A stretch of 16,364 bases of DNA from Candidatus Woesearchaeota archaeon. GTDB lineage: Archaea; Nanobdellota; Nanobdellia; SCGC-AAA011-G17; GW2011-AR20. The notes beneath the pieces are model-generated. The model saw only the letters and a program-made list of their open reading frames with translations, had not been told where the DNA came from and made no database searches. Each line of letters opens with the position of its first letter. The stretch's first letter is position 1. Below, one piece after another: positions 1 to 8,263 of the stretch. A program made the translations under genes and the position numbers. The stretch spans positions 1 through 16,364 of the forward strand of contig JAGVZB010000012.1 of the NCBI GenBank assembly GCA_018302915.1, written 5' to 3'.

Positions 1-266
1 CCTATTATTCTTAAAAAAATGCCCAATCCAAGACCGAACCACCATATGTTGAACATTGCATCATAGCCAAAAGCCAGACCTACAAATTTATGGCCTAGTT
101 CATGAAGGATGATTGCAGGAGCGGTGACAAGTATTGCAAACTTGATTCCTTTCCAGTTGAAGCCTCTTGAATAAAATTCAGGAATCCTTATGTATCCTGA
201 AAAGATGTATCCTATGGCAATTGTTAAGACAAGAATATAGAAAATTTCAGTTATGTTTGTTATCAT
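1..266 (-). CDS. Peptidase M50 / site-2-protease-like membrane metalloprotease, N-terminal part (gene continues past the left edge)
   Basis: Absent from the ORF track because it is truncated. Reverse-strand translation from ATG 266..264 stays open to position 1: MITNITEIFYILVLTIAIGYIFSGYIRIPEFYSRGFNWKGIKFAILVTAPAIILHELGHKFVGLAFGYDAMFNIWWFGLGLGIFLRII... The HELGH (HExxH) zinc motif at 90..104 lies inside a hydrophobic helix, the M50/S2P hallmark. An in-frame stop at 287..285 fixes the start at 266. Confidence 0.6.
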   Translation of the reverse strand, partial: MITNITEIFYILVLTIAIGYIFSGYIRIPEFYSRGFNWKGIKFAILVTAPAIILHELGHKFVGLAFGYDAMFNIWWFGLGLGIFLRII

Positions 267-364
267 GATGCAGCATAAACATTGTCATCATCAAGTTCTT
301 CAAATAGCTCTTCCATGAAAAATTCTTCAAGGTCAATATCCTCTTTTGGCTTCTTCTTGATCAT
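263..364 (-). CDS. 33-aa acidic micro-protein (MIKKKPKEDIDLEEFFMEELFEELDDDNVYAAS), function unknown
   Basis: This ORF is too short for the track. Its ATG (364..362) overlaps the TGA (363..361) of the upstream 62-aa gene as ATGA. Its TGA (265..263) overlaps the ATG (266..264) of the M50-like gene, again as ATGA. It therefore exactly fills the gap between the two genes. Confidence 0.4.
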   Translation of the reverse strand: MIKKKPKEDIDLEEFFMEELFEELDDDNVYAAS

Positions 365-549
365 TTTAGATCAGAAAACCCCAGCATTATCAATATTAAC
401 CCTGTGAATATGACACCCAGTACAATTCCGCCCTGGATTATGTCTATTACAGCTTTTCCCCAGTCGCTGAAATATATTGAGAACCATATAGCAACGACTA
501 CAAGTATCAATCCTATAACGACTTTAATCAAATTATTCAATGCTCCCAT
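361..549 (-). CDS. Small membrane protein with two predicted TM helices (62 aa)
   Basis: ORF track. There are two long hydrophobic stretches (VVIGLILVVVAIWFSIYF and GGIVLGVIFTGLILIMLGF). GGTGAT (reverse complement of 554..559) lies 4 nt upstream of the ATG and matches the archaeal anti-SD. No family recognised. Confidence 0.55.
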   Translation of the reverse strand: MGALNNLIKVVIGLILVVVAIWFSIYFSDWGKAVIDIIQGGIVLGVIFTGLILIMLGFSDLK

Positions 550-602
550 TTATATCACCATTATTAGTAATCAACTAAATCTTTAAAAAACTTTTGAAAA
601 AG

Positions 603-610
603 TTTAAATA
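603..610 (+). promoter_or_regulatory. TATA box TTTAAATA for the transporter gene (leaderless geometry)
   Basis: AAAAAGTTTAAATA places the TATA at -29..-22 relative to ATG 632. No SD lies in between. Confidence 0.45.
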
Positions 611-631
611 TATATATTGCAGGATAATATT

Positions 632-1759
632 ATGCTCAGGAACCACAGCATCATAAAATACCTATTCAACAGGGAGCTGTCTGAGATGTATGTCTCTATT
701 GCATTGAAGGATTTGTCCCTTTCAATGATTGGTATTTTTGTTCCCATATACCTTCTTGTGGACCTGAAATATTCATTTTCCAGTGTTATGCTGTTCTTTC
801 TTTTTTATTCGATAAGCATGCTGTTCTCGAGCCTGCTGGCAGCAAAGTTCACCTCAAAATATGGGATTAAGCACGGCATATTGTTGTCGATGTTTGGGTT
901 TATAATTTACATAACACTCCTGTCAACTTTGCATTATCATAATCTTTACATAATCTCGGCTGTAATAGGGGGCATCTCAAATACATTTTACTGGGTTAAT
1001 TTCCATGCTGATTTCATAAAATTCAGTGATCATAAGAATAGGGGCCGGGAAGTAAGTATGTGGTTCATTGTGGCATACATCGGGCTGCTTCTGGGGCCTA
1101 TAATGGGCTCGATAATAATAACATATCTTGGTTTTACAACATTGTTTATAATTGTAAACCTTCTTTTGCTGCTTAGTTCATTGCCTCTTTTCTTTTCATC
1201 AGAGGTTTATGAGCCTATGAAGTTCTCTATGAAATATCTCTTTGAAAAATCTTACCTTAAGGACACTTTTGTTTATCTGATGTATGGTGTTAGGATGATG
1301 GTGGGGGGTGTTGCTCTTCCAATATTTTTATTTTTTCTTTTGAATAAATATCTGTCTCTTGGTGTGATAGCGTCATTTGCCTCTCTTGGTGCAATAATTG
1401 TTGGTTATCTTGTGGGAAGGTTGTCAAGGGATGAAAATAGGGAAAGGACAATGTTCAGGTTTGGATCATTGTTTCACTCGCTGGGTTGGTTTATCTTGTT
1501 GTTTGTGAAATCATTCATTCAGCTTGCAGTTGTGAATATTTATCTTGCAATCTCTTTTATTTTCGTGGATATTCCCCACCATTCCATATTTTATTCAAAG
1601 GCGAAGAGACATAAGAGTGTCATGGGATACATTGTTTACAGGGAGATTGCTGCGGACATTGGAAGGATATTTATAGTCCTGATTATGCTTTTGACTGGAA
1701 AATTAATTTATAGCTTTATAATAAATGGCATCGGAATGTTCTTCTGGTTTTTTTTATAA
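632..1759 (+). CDS. Multi-pass membrane transporter, MFS-like
   Basis: The ORF track begins at TTG 617. The first ATG, at 632 (MLRNHS...), fits the leaderless TATA spacing better. The protein has about 11-12 hydrophobic helices. Basic loops LAAKFTSKYGIKHG and GYLVGRLSRDENRER sit where the MFS TM2-3 and TM8-9 motifs occur. Confidence 0.55.
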   Translation: MLRNHSIIKYLFNRELSEMYVSIALKDLSLSMIGIFVPIYLLVDLKYSFSSVMLFFLFYSISMLFSSLLAAKFTSKYGIKHGILLSMFGFIIYITLLSTLHYHNLYIISAVIGGISNTFYWVNFHADFIKFSDHKNRGREVSMWFIVAYIGLLLGPIMGSIIITYLGFTTLFIIVNLLLLLSSLPLFFSSEVYEPMKFSMKYLFEKSYLKDTFVYLMYGVRMMVGGVALPIFLFFLLNKYLSLGVIASFASLGAIIVGYLVGRLSRDENRERTMFRFGSLFHSLGWFILLFVKSFIQLAVVNIYLAISFIFVDIPHHSIFYSKAKRHKSVMGYIVYREIAADIGRIFIVLIMLLTGKLIYSFIINGIGMFFWFFL

Positions 1760-1915
1760 TTCATTGATTAATAGTTTCCTGATTTTTTAGTTAATCTATA
1801 ATTTTTTATATTAATTTGAATTTTAACTTTTTAGTTTTTGTGATAAAAATAATATTTGAAAGTCAAAGTCATTTTTATAAAAACCTTTTTAAACCCTTTT
1901 TATTGATAAATTCTT

Positions 1916-2479
1916 ATGGGAGCTTATAAGTACATTAATAAATTATTCAGGGAGCATAACAGGTCCTTGCTGAAAGGCAGGATTATAGAATGGCGTAGGT
2001 CTGATGCTGTCGAAAGAATTGATAATCCTTTGAATATAGCAAGGGCAAGATCGCTTGGTTATAAGGCCAAGAAGGGTTATATTGTTGTAAGGGTGAGGCT
2101 TCTTAGGGGTGGAAGATTAAGGCCGCAGATAAAGAAAGGTAGGAGATCAAAGGCAAGAAGGAGAAAAAAAATAGTTGGCAAGTCATACCAGTGGATTGCA
2201 GAGGAAAGGGCAAACAAGAAATTTGTCAATTGCGAGGTTATAGGAAGTTACGAATTGGCTAAGGATGGTCAGTATTATTACTTTGAGGTTATTCTCGGGG
2301 ACAAAGAATTACTGAACAAGTATCCCGGAACAGAATATCTTGATCATATAAGAGGAAAAGTCTTCAGGGGTCTGACCTCTTCAGGAAGAAAATCAAGGGG
2401 ATTGAGAAGCGGAAAGGGGAAAGGCCATGAAAAGAACAGGCCTAGTTTGAGAGCTCATGAAAGAAGGGGTAAAAATTAA
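1916..2479 (+). CDS. rpl15e: 50S ribosomal protein L15e
   Basis: MGAYKYI...EWRRSDAVERIDNPLNIARARSLGYKAKKGYIVVRVRL..GGR...KGRRSK...AEERANKKF...FRGLTSSGRKSRGL..GKGKGHEKNRPSLRA is collinear with archaeal/eukaryotic L15e over its full length. Confidence 0.95.
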   Translation: MGAYKYINKLFREHNRSLLKGRIIEWRRSDAVERIDNPLNIARARSLGYKAKKGYIVVRVRLLRGGRLRPQIKKGRRSKARRRKKIVGKSYQWIAEERANKKFVNCEVIGSYELAKDGQYYYFEVILGDKELLNKYPGTEYLDHIRGKVFRGLTSSGRKSRGLRSGKGKGHEKNRPSLRAHERRGKN

Positions 2480-3233
2480 GAGGATTCATTTCTTTAACAG
2501 TAGGAATCAAAAATTAGTTGGAATTCTTAATGAAAATGAAACAGGCAGGATTGTGGTAATATGCCACGGGTTTACATCAAGTAAGAATTGTAATTTTATT
2601 CCGCCTTTGGCTGATTACCTGTGTGATAATGGACACTCTGTCTTAAGGTTTGATTTTACAGGCAATGGTGAATCCGAAGGTGAGCTGTGTGAAGGGACTT
2701 ATTCCCAGGAAAATAATGATTTAAAGAAGGTGATAGATTTTGTAAAGAAATTAAATTACAAAAAGATTTCAGTGATAGGCCATTCAATGGGTGGGGCGGT
2801 TGCAATCCTGAGGGCGTCTGAAGATGAAAGAATAAACTGCTTAATCACGATTTCTGCAGTGGCTTATCCAGGCAGGGAAAGGCTTACAGGAAAACAAAAA
2901 GATGACTTGAAGAAAAAAGGGCATGTTCATTATTGGGGCAAGTACAGGATAGATAAGAATTTCATTGATGATGCATCTTGTTATGATTTAACAAAGTATA
3001 TCAGTAAGGTAAAAGTGCCTGTCTTGATTGTTCACGGAGACAAGGATGATGTTGTGGTTTTGAAGGAGGGCAGAGACATTTATAAAAATGCAAACAATCC
3101 TAAGCAGCTTGAAGTCATAAAAAATGCCGGGCATGAATTTGGTTATGTTGGAAATTATAAGAAGCAAAAGGAGACAAGTGAATATAAAATCATGAAGGAA
3201 AAAATATTGGATTTTTTAAGGAGTAATGTGTAA
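2457..3233 (+). CDS. Alpha/beta-fold serine hydrolase
   Basis: Nucleophile elbow GHSMGG (Ser codon 2784..2786), oxyanion-region HGF, acid in HGDKDDVV and His in AGHEF. The start overlaps the rpl15e 3' end by 23 nt. Substrate unknown. Confidence 0.8.
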   Translation: MKEGVKIKRIHFFNSRNQKLVGILNENETGRIVVICHGFTSSKNCNFIPPLADYLCDNGHSVLRFDFTGNGESEGELCEGTYSQENNDLKKVIDFVKKLNYKKISVIGHSMGGAVAILRASEDERINCLITISAVAYPGRERLTGKQKDDLKKKGHVHYWGKYRIDKNFIDDASCYDLTKYISKVKVPVLIVHGDKDDVVVLKEGRDIYKNANNPKQLEVIKNAGHEFGYVGNYKKQKETSEYKIMKEKILDFLRSNV

Positions 3234-3234
3234 T

Positions 3235-4223
3235 ATGATAACGTTGGAAAAAATTCATGAATTGATTGAAAAATCGCAGAACCCATTGATTTTCTTTGAT
3301 GATGATCCTGATGGGTTATGCTCGTATCTTCAGATAAAGAAGCATTTTAGGAAGGGATATCCTGTCGTGATAAAGTCATCGCCGGAGCTTAACATATCAT
3401 ACCTTAAGAAAATAAAGGAGTATTCACCTGATCGATACTGCCGCAGAATTTTATAGACCAGGCCAAGGTTCCAATAATATACATAGACCATCATCCTGTT
3501 AATGAGATAAAAGGCGTTAATTACTTCAATCCATTAATCAAGGACAAGAATGATGACAGGCCTGTTTCTTACTGGTGTTACATGCTTACAAAGGATAATC
3601 TGTGGATAGCGACGATAGGTACTGCAGCGGATTATTCACTTGCGACGATAAAGGAATTCAACAAAAAATTTCCTGAATTGGCAGAATCATCAGAGGACAT
3701 TTATAGGATAATTTATGAGACAAAGCTCGGGAAATTGATAAAGATATTTTCATTCATACTGAAGGATCCTCATTACAAGGTTTTGCAGTACGTCAATGTC
3801 ATTGAAAAGATAAATTCTCCTGATGAGCTTCTTGGGGAATCCTCTAAGAATGCAGAGGAAATAATGAAGGTTTACAGGAGGGTGAACAGTGAATACCAGA
3901 AATTGTTTGAGGAAGCATCAAAGAGCCAGGAATCAATGGTTCATAAGTTCCTTTATCCTGCGGGGAACATGAGCTTTACGGCTGAACTGTCAAGTGAACT
4001 GCAGCATGAATTCAGGGATAAGATGATAATCGTCGGAAGGCAGAAGGATAGTTCAATAAAGATGAGTTTGAGATACCAGAAAAAAGATTTGAGAAAATTG
4101 CTTGAAAAAGCCCTGGAAGGCCTTGATGGTTATGGCGGCGGTCATAAGCATGCATGCGGCTGCCATATCAATTCAAGGGATTACAATGAATTTGTTGAGC
4201 GTTTAGAAAGTTATATAAAATAA
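3235..4223 (+). pseudogene. DHH/DHHA1-family phosphoesterase (NrnA/RecJ-like) interrupted by a frameshift
   Basis: The N-terminal ORF (3226 or 3235..3456) carries DHH motif I, FFDDDPDGLCS (3298..3315). The C-terminal ORF (3582..4223) ends with DHHA1 GYGGGHKHACG (4134..4145). The DHH motif itself (IIYIDHHPV, DHH at 3486..3494) lies in the 'intergenic' gap, in the frame of the second ORF, which is open from 3432. The frames can only be joined between 3432 and 3453. Confidence 0.7.
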
Positions 4224-4241
4224 AAAATATATTTTCTAGTC

Positions 4242-6230
4242 ATGAGAATTTGGGTGATTGCTGTATTTCTTTTGTTGCTGCCTTTGGCTTATGCTCAGGA
4301 GGAATACAGGAATTATCATGACATTAATGTTAGTCTAAGGATGGAATCAACTCTTGATCTGGACAGTGGGATAAATTACCTTTCATCAGAGCTTTCATTA
4401 TTCCCGAGGGAGACGGAATTCCAGGATATAATAAGAAAAGAATATTCTAAGAATGTGCTGGAGAGGGAGAATTCAATCCTTTATGAATGGAATGACCTGC
4501 CGGAGGATTTGGCATTCAGCCTTGATTATGACATAAAAAGCGAGTTTAACATGGTTAACATAAAGAGCAAGATTCCTTTTCCTATAGAGGTTCCTTCAGA
4601 ATATGAGGAATATCTTGAAGCTACTCCGTTGATAAATTCGGACAGTATTATCATAAGGGAAAAGGCTGATGAGATAATTGGCGACGAGGATGATCTGTAT
4701 GAGGTTGTTTACAAGCTTGGTTCCTGGGCAAATGAAAACATAAATTATTCCTTGGAGACGTTGACGGAGGAATTAACCCAAAATTCATTGTGGGTACTTC
4801 AGAATAGGAAGGGCGTCTGTGATGAGCTGACGGTCTTGTTCATTGCAATGCTGAGATCTCAGGGAATCCCGGCCAAGTTTGTTTCAGGGAGCTCTTACAC
4901 GAACGTGATACCTGGTTTTGGAAATCATGCGTGGGCGGAAGTTTATTTTCCGGGAAAGGGATGGGTTCCTTTTGATGTTACATACGGGCAGTACGGCTAT
5001 GTTGATTCAACACATATCAAGATGAAGGAGTCAAGCATGGCAAAGGAGCCTTCTGTAAGCTACAGGTGGTCTTCAGGTGAGAAAAACATAAATGTAAATC
5101 CATTGAACATATCTGCCGAGGTGATTTCATTGGGGGATAAGCTTCCTAATTACATTGATGTCAGCCTGAATGTTCTCAAGGATAATGTTAAGTCAGGCTC
5201 TTATCTTCCTCTTGAAATAGGATTGGAGAACACCCGTGATTTTTACCTGTCGACAACATTGTACATAACAAAGGCGCCTATGGAGGTAAGTGATAATTTC
5301 AAGTCAGTGCTGCTGAAGCCAAATGAGAAAAAAAATGTTTACTGGATAATCAAGGTTCCTGAAAATCTGGATGACCAGTATCTTTATACCTCAAAGATAG
5401 AAATTCTTGACTTCTTCGGGGATATATCCGAGTCAGATGTTGAGTATGCCAACAAATATACTTATTACTCTCTTGAGGAATCGCAGGAAAAAGTTTATCA
5501 GCTTGAGCTTGAAAACAGGAATTCCGAGTCTTCAATAGACTTGTTCTGCTCCCCTGACAAGGCGAGGTATTATTCTTATGAGAATGCAACACTTGTTTGC
5601 AGGATAAGTAATGACGAGGAAAAGTCATATCAGTTTGATGTGTGTTTCATGGAAGATTGCAGGAATGTAATCATAAATCCAGATGAGAAGAAGGAAGTGA
5701 TGTTTGGAATACGTCTGCAGGAGGGAAATTATGAATATCATGCCAGGATGTCCGACAATGAATTGGTGAAGAGCTCTTATTTTGATGTGAATGTTATAAA
5801 GACGCCAAAATTAAATATAAATAATATTGATTATCCCCCAATAATTGGATACAGGGATTCTGCTGAATTGAAATTTGACCTGTCAACGGAATCTCCTGCA
5901 AAGAATCTGATGATAAAAATTAACGATCAGGAGTTGTTTGCCTTTGACACTTATGTTGGCAGTGAAAACTTTGTGGTTCCTTTCAACGGGAAATATTTCT
6001 ATGGAAAGGATTCAGGGTTAATTTTTGAATATGAGGACAGCAACGGGAAAAAATATGACCAGAAGCAGGATATAATTATAAAAATTACTGATGTTCCGTT
6101 TTATGTAAGAATTGGTTATTGGTGGTTTTTGATAGCAGCTTTGATAATATCATTGTTCTTGTTCAGGAGAAAATTCTTCAGATTAAAAGAACCCCCTATG
6201 CCAATGAAAAAGAAAATTAGTAAGATTTAG
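4242..6230 (+). CDS. Secreted, C-terminally membrane-anchored transglutaminase-like (papain-fold Cys-His-Asp) protein with beta-sandwich repeats
   Basis: Signal peptide MRIWVIAVFLLLLPLAYA|QEE. Transglutaminase core: GVCDELTVLF (Cys 4818..4820), GNHAWAEVY (His 4926..4928), WVPFDVT (Asp 4974..4976). The C-terminal half holds three CARDB-like modules with a recurring LLKPNEKKNVYW / IINPDEKKEVMF strand. Terminal TM helix WWFLIAALIISLFLF is followed by a basic tail. Confidence 0.85.
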   Translation: MRIWVIAVFLLLLPLAYAQEEYRNYHDINVSLRMESTLDLDSGINYLSSELSLFPRETEFQDIIRKEYSKNVLERENSILYEWNDLPEDLAFSLDYDIKSEFNMVNIKSKIPFPIEVPSEYEEYLEATPLINSDSIIIREKADEIIGDEDDLYEVVYKLGSWANENINYSLETLTEELTQNSLWVLQNRKGVCDELTVLFIAMLRSQGIPAKFVSGSSYTNVIPGFGNHAWAEVYFPGKGWVPFDVTYGQYGYVDSTHIKMKESSMAKEPSVSYRWSSGEKNINVNPLNISAEVISLGDKLPNYIDVSLNVLKDNVKSGSYLPLEIGLENTRDFYLSTTLYITKAPMEVSDNFKSVLLKPNEKKNVYWIIKVPENLDDQYLYTSKIEILDFFGDISESDVEYANKYTYYSLEESQEKVYQLELENRNSESSIDLFCSPDKARYYSYENATLVCRISNDEEKSYQFDVCFMEDCRNVIINPDEKKEVMFGIRLQEGNYEYHARMSDNELVKSSYFDVNVIKTPKLNINNIDYPPIIGYRDSAELKFDLSTESPAKNLMIKINDQELFAFDTYVGSENFVVPFNGKYFYGKDSGLIFEYEDSNGKKYDQKQDIIIKITDVPFYVRIGYWWFLIAALIISLFLFRRKFFRLKEPPMPMKKKISKI

Positions 6231-7650
6231 CTATATAAACCATGTATTTTGATTCTCTTTCTGGATGATACAGACTCTTTCCTAATTTTTTTGGTTGTTC
6301 TAGTGGAATATTTAATATTTTTGCACCCTTTTCCTTTATTTTTTCCTCGACATCTTGGGAGTTGCACCAGTAAGCCTTTATAAATTTCCCGTTCTCGATG
6401 GCATTTTCAAAATCCTTTGCATTATCAGTTTCAACTAAATTATCCTCGAATAGTTTTTTGCTTTTTTTATACAGGTTTTTTTGGATGTCATCCAGTGTAT
6501 CCTGAATTTTCTTGATTAAGCTTGTTATCTTTACATTTTCCTTTTTGTGATTGTCTCTCCTGTACATCACAACTTGTTTTTTCTTCATATCATTTGGACC
6601 AACTTCAAGCCTTAATGGAACACCTTTCAACTCCCATTCATTGTACTTCCATCCTACATTATATTCTCTTAAGTCAATTATTGCATCAAATTTCTTTAAT
6701 TTCTTCTCTAATTTGGTGCAGTAGTCAATGACTTTTTCCTTGTCTTTTTTGAACAGTATTGGAACAATTACAACTTTGTTTGGTGCTATCTTTGGAGGGA
6801 GTACCAGACCTTTGTCATCACCATGGACAGCAATCAATACTCCAAGCATTCTTGTTGATATTGCCCATGTGTTCTGCCAAGCATATTTTTCCTTTTCGTC
6901 CTTGTCAATGAACTTGATGTTGAATGCCTTTGCAAAGTTTTGTCCGTCAAAGTGAGCGTCAGGCCCTTGTATTGCTTTTCCGTTTGGCATGAAATATTCT
7001 ATGCTTAGTGTGTATTCTGCACCTGCAAATTTTTCTTTCTCTGTTTTTCTTCCCTTGATTCCATACAAAGCTAAATAATCTTTAACAAATTCATAATACA
7101 TTTCTAATATCTCATGGCATTCTTTTTCAGCTTCTTCTTTGGTTGCAAATGCAGTATGACCTTCATTCCATAAAAATTCCCTTGATCTGAGGAAAGGAAC
7201 TGGGTGCTTAAACTCCCATCTTATTACTGAATTCCATTGATTTAGCCTTAATGGCAAGTCTCTCCATGACCTTATCCATTTTGAATATGAATCATACATT
7301 ATTGTCTCTGATGTTGGCCTTATTGCCAATCTTTCATTTAGTTTGCTGTTTCCGGTGTGGGTGACCCATGCAACTTCCGGGTTAAAGCCTTCAACATGCT
7401 CTTTCTCCTTTTTGAATAAGCTTTCAGGTATCAACAGTGGGAAGTAAACATTTTTTATTCCCATTTTTTTTATTTTATCATTTACAACTTCAACTATTTT
7501 CTCCCATATTGCATAGGCATATGGTTTGAATACAATACATCCAGAAACTTTTGTATAATCAGCCAGTTCAGCTTTCTGAATGACTTGTGTATACCACTCG
7601 GAGAAATTCTTCTCTTTGTCTGCAGTTATTCCTTTTATATCCTCTTTCAT
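6217..7650 (-). CDS. proS: Prolyl-tRNA synthetase, archaeal/eukaryotic type
   Basis: Full-length class II ProRS pattern: FSEWYTQVI.KAEL.DY..VSGC.VFKPYAYAIWE, RPTSET, FLWNEGHTAF, QGPDAHFDGQNFAK. The C-terminal domain ends in the conserved terminal Tyr (...YIAKSY). The 3' end overlaps the transglutaminase-like gene by 14 nt. Confidence 0.95.
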   Translation of the reverse strand: MKEDIKGITADKEKNFSEWYTQVIQKAELADYTKVSGCIVFKPYAYAIWEKIVEVVNDKIKKMGIKNVYFPLLIPESLFKKEKEHVEGFNPEVAWVTHTGNSKLNERLAIRPTSETIMYDSYSKWIRSWRDLPLRLNQWNSVIRWEFKHPVPFLRSREFLWNEGHTAFATKEEAEKECHEILEMYYEFVKDYLALYGIKGRKTEKEKFAGAEYTLSIEYFMPNGKAIQGPDAHFDGQNFAKAFNIKFIDKDEKEKYAWQNTWAISTRMLGVLIAVHGDDKGLVLPPKIAPNKVVIVPILFKKDKEKVIDYCTKLEKKLKKFDAIIDLREYNVGWKYNEWELKGVPLRLEVGPNDMKKKQVVMYRRDNHKKENVKITSLIKKIQDTLDDIQKNLYKKSKKLFEDNLVETDNAKDFENAIENGKFIKAYWCNSQDVEEKIKEKGAKILNIPLEQPKKLGKSLYHPERESKYMVYIAKSY

Positions 7651-7671
7651 ATATATTATCTTTTTGGAGAA

Positions 7672-7680
7672 TATTTAAAA
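7672..7680 (-). promoter_or_regulatory. TATA box TTTTAAATA for proS (leaderless geometry)
   Basis: The reverse strand reads GTTTTAAATATTCTCCAAAAAGATAATATAT-ATG, placing the TATA at -30..-22. It lies directly after the mpg stop codon (7682..7684). Confidence 0.45.
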
Positions 7681-7681
7681 C

Positions 7682-8203
7682 TTATTCTTTTACAAAAAAT
7701 CTCCACTTTAAATGCTGGCTTTTCTTGATTCCTATTCTTGGGCCCTTTTCAATCTTTAATTTGATATTATTGTCAAGAACTTTTATCTTGTCATTAACCA
7801 AACTTCCATTTAATTTTTTATCAATATTAAATGCCTGGCATATTTTCCCCGGGCCATTAAGCAGGTTATCTGTATCATCGCAGTTTCTCCTTCTTTTCAT
7901 TATAGAAATTCCTTCTAAAGGTTTCAGTCCCCTTATTAGGACAGCTCCAGGCCCCTTGTCATAAGTTGTTATGTTCAGGCAATAATAATTTCCATATATG
8001 AAGTAGATATATAATTTTCCATGGCTGTCATGCATCAGTGCTGATCTTTCTGTTCTCCTGAATGCATGGCTTGCCTCATCGTTTTCATAGGCTTCTGTTT
8101 CTGTTATTATCCCGCTTAAATTTTTGTAAGATAATATTTTTCCGATTAATTCTTTTGCTACAATTCTTGCTTTTGGCCTGAAAAAAGATTTTTTAATTTC
8201 CAT
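7682..8203 (-). CDS. mpg: DNA-3-methyladenine glycosylase (AAG/MPG family)
   Basis: FFRPKARIVAKELIGKIL, ITETEAYENDEASHAFR, GKLYIYFIYGNYYCLNITT and GAVLIRGLKPLEGI match the MPG/AAG family signature blocks. Confidence 0.9.
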   Translation of the reverse strand: MEIKKSFFRPKARIVAKELIGKILSYKNLSGIITETEAYENDEASHAFRRTERSALMHDSHGKLYIYFIYGNYYCLNITTYDKGPGAVLIRGLKPLEGISIMKRRRNCDDTDNLLNGPGKICQAFNIDKKLNGSLVNDKIKVLDNNIKLKIEKGPRIGIKKSQHLKWRFFVKE

Positions 8204-8224
8204 AAAATTATTTAGTTTGAAGGA

Positions 8225-8232
8225 TATTTAAA
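8225..8232 (-). promoter_or_regulatory. TATA box TTTAAATA for mpg (leaderless geometry)
   Basis: The reverse strand reads ...AAATCTTTAAATATCCTTCAAACTAAATAATTTT-ATG, placing the TATA at -29..-22 relative to ATG 8203. Confidence 0.45.
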
Positions 8233-8263
8233 GATTTATAAGAATAAGTTTGTTTAAATAAAT

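Noticed and set aside
404-586. 60-aa plus-strand ORF from the track
   Set aside because: It is entirely antisense to the better-supported 62-aa membrane gene, which has an SD and ATGA coupling. It has no start context and a low-complexity translation.
588-605. AAACTTTT-GA-AAAAGTTT inverted repeat overlapping the BRE position of the transporter promoter
   Set aside because: The 8-bp arms are almost pure A/T runs in an AT-rich spacer. Such a repeat is likely to arise by chance, and part of it is simply the promoter consensus AAAAGTTT.
617-631. TTG start for the transporter, as in the ORF track
   Set aside because: ATG 632 sits at the same TATA-to-start distance as the other leaderless genes here. 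TTG 617 would lie only about 7-14 nt from the TATA box.
1760-1915. Possible C/D-box sRNA or riboswitch in the long AT-rich spacer upstream of rpl15e
   Set aside because: Only degenerate box-like strings are present (ATTGATTA, CTGA, GTGATA) with the wrong spacing. There is no terminal stem and no supporting structure.
3432-3456. Programmed ribosomal frameshift joining the two DHH ORFs
   Set aside because: There is no slippery heptamer, long homopolymer or obvious downstream structure. A simple indel (real or an assembly artefact) is more parsimonious.
5350-5628. 92-aa minus-strand ORF inside the transglutaminase-like gene
   Set aside because: It is antisense to a gene with a clear catalytic core and repeats. 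It has no recognisable motifs and no promoter or SD.
6217-6240. 14-bp convergent 3' overlap of the transglutaminase-like gene and proS, plus a GGTTTATATAG promoter-like string on the minus strand
   Set aside because: Overlapping convergent ends are common in compact genomes. The TATA-like string is explained by the proS codons M-V-Y-I-A, and no downstream minus-strand gene exists for it to drive.
6522-7964. Plus-strand ORFs 6522..6731, 6728..6955 and 7587..7964
   Set aside because: They are antisense shadows of proS and mpg, which are both confidently identified. Their translations are Ser/Leu/Phe-rich, as expected from reading AT-rich coding DNA backwards.
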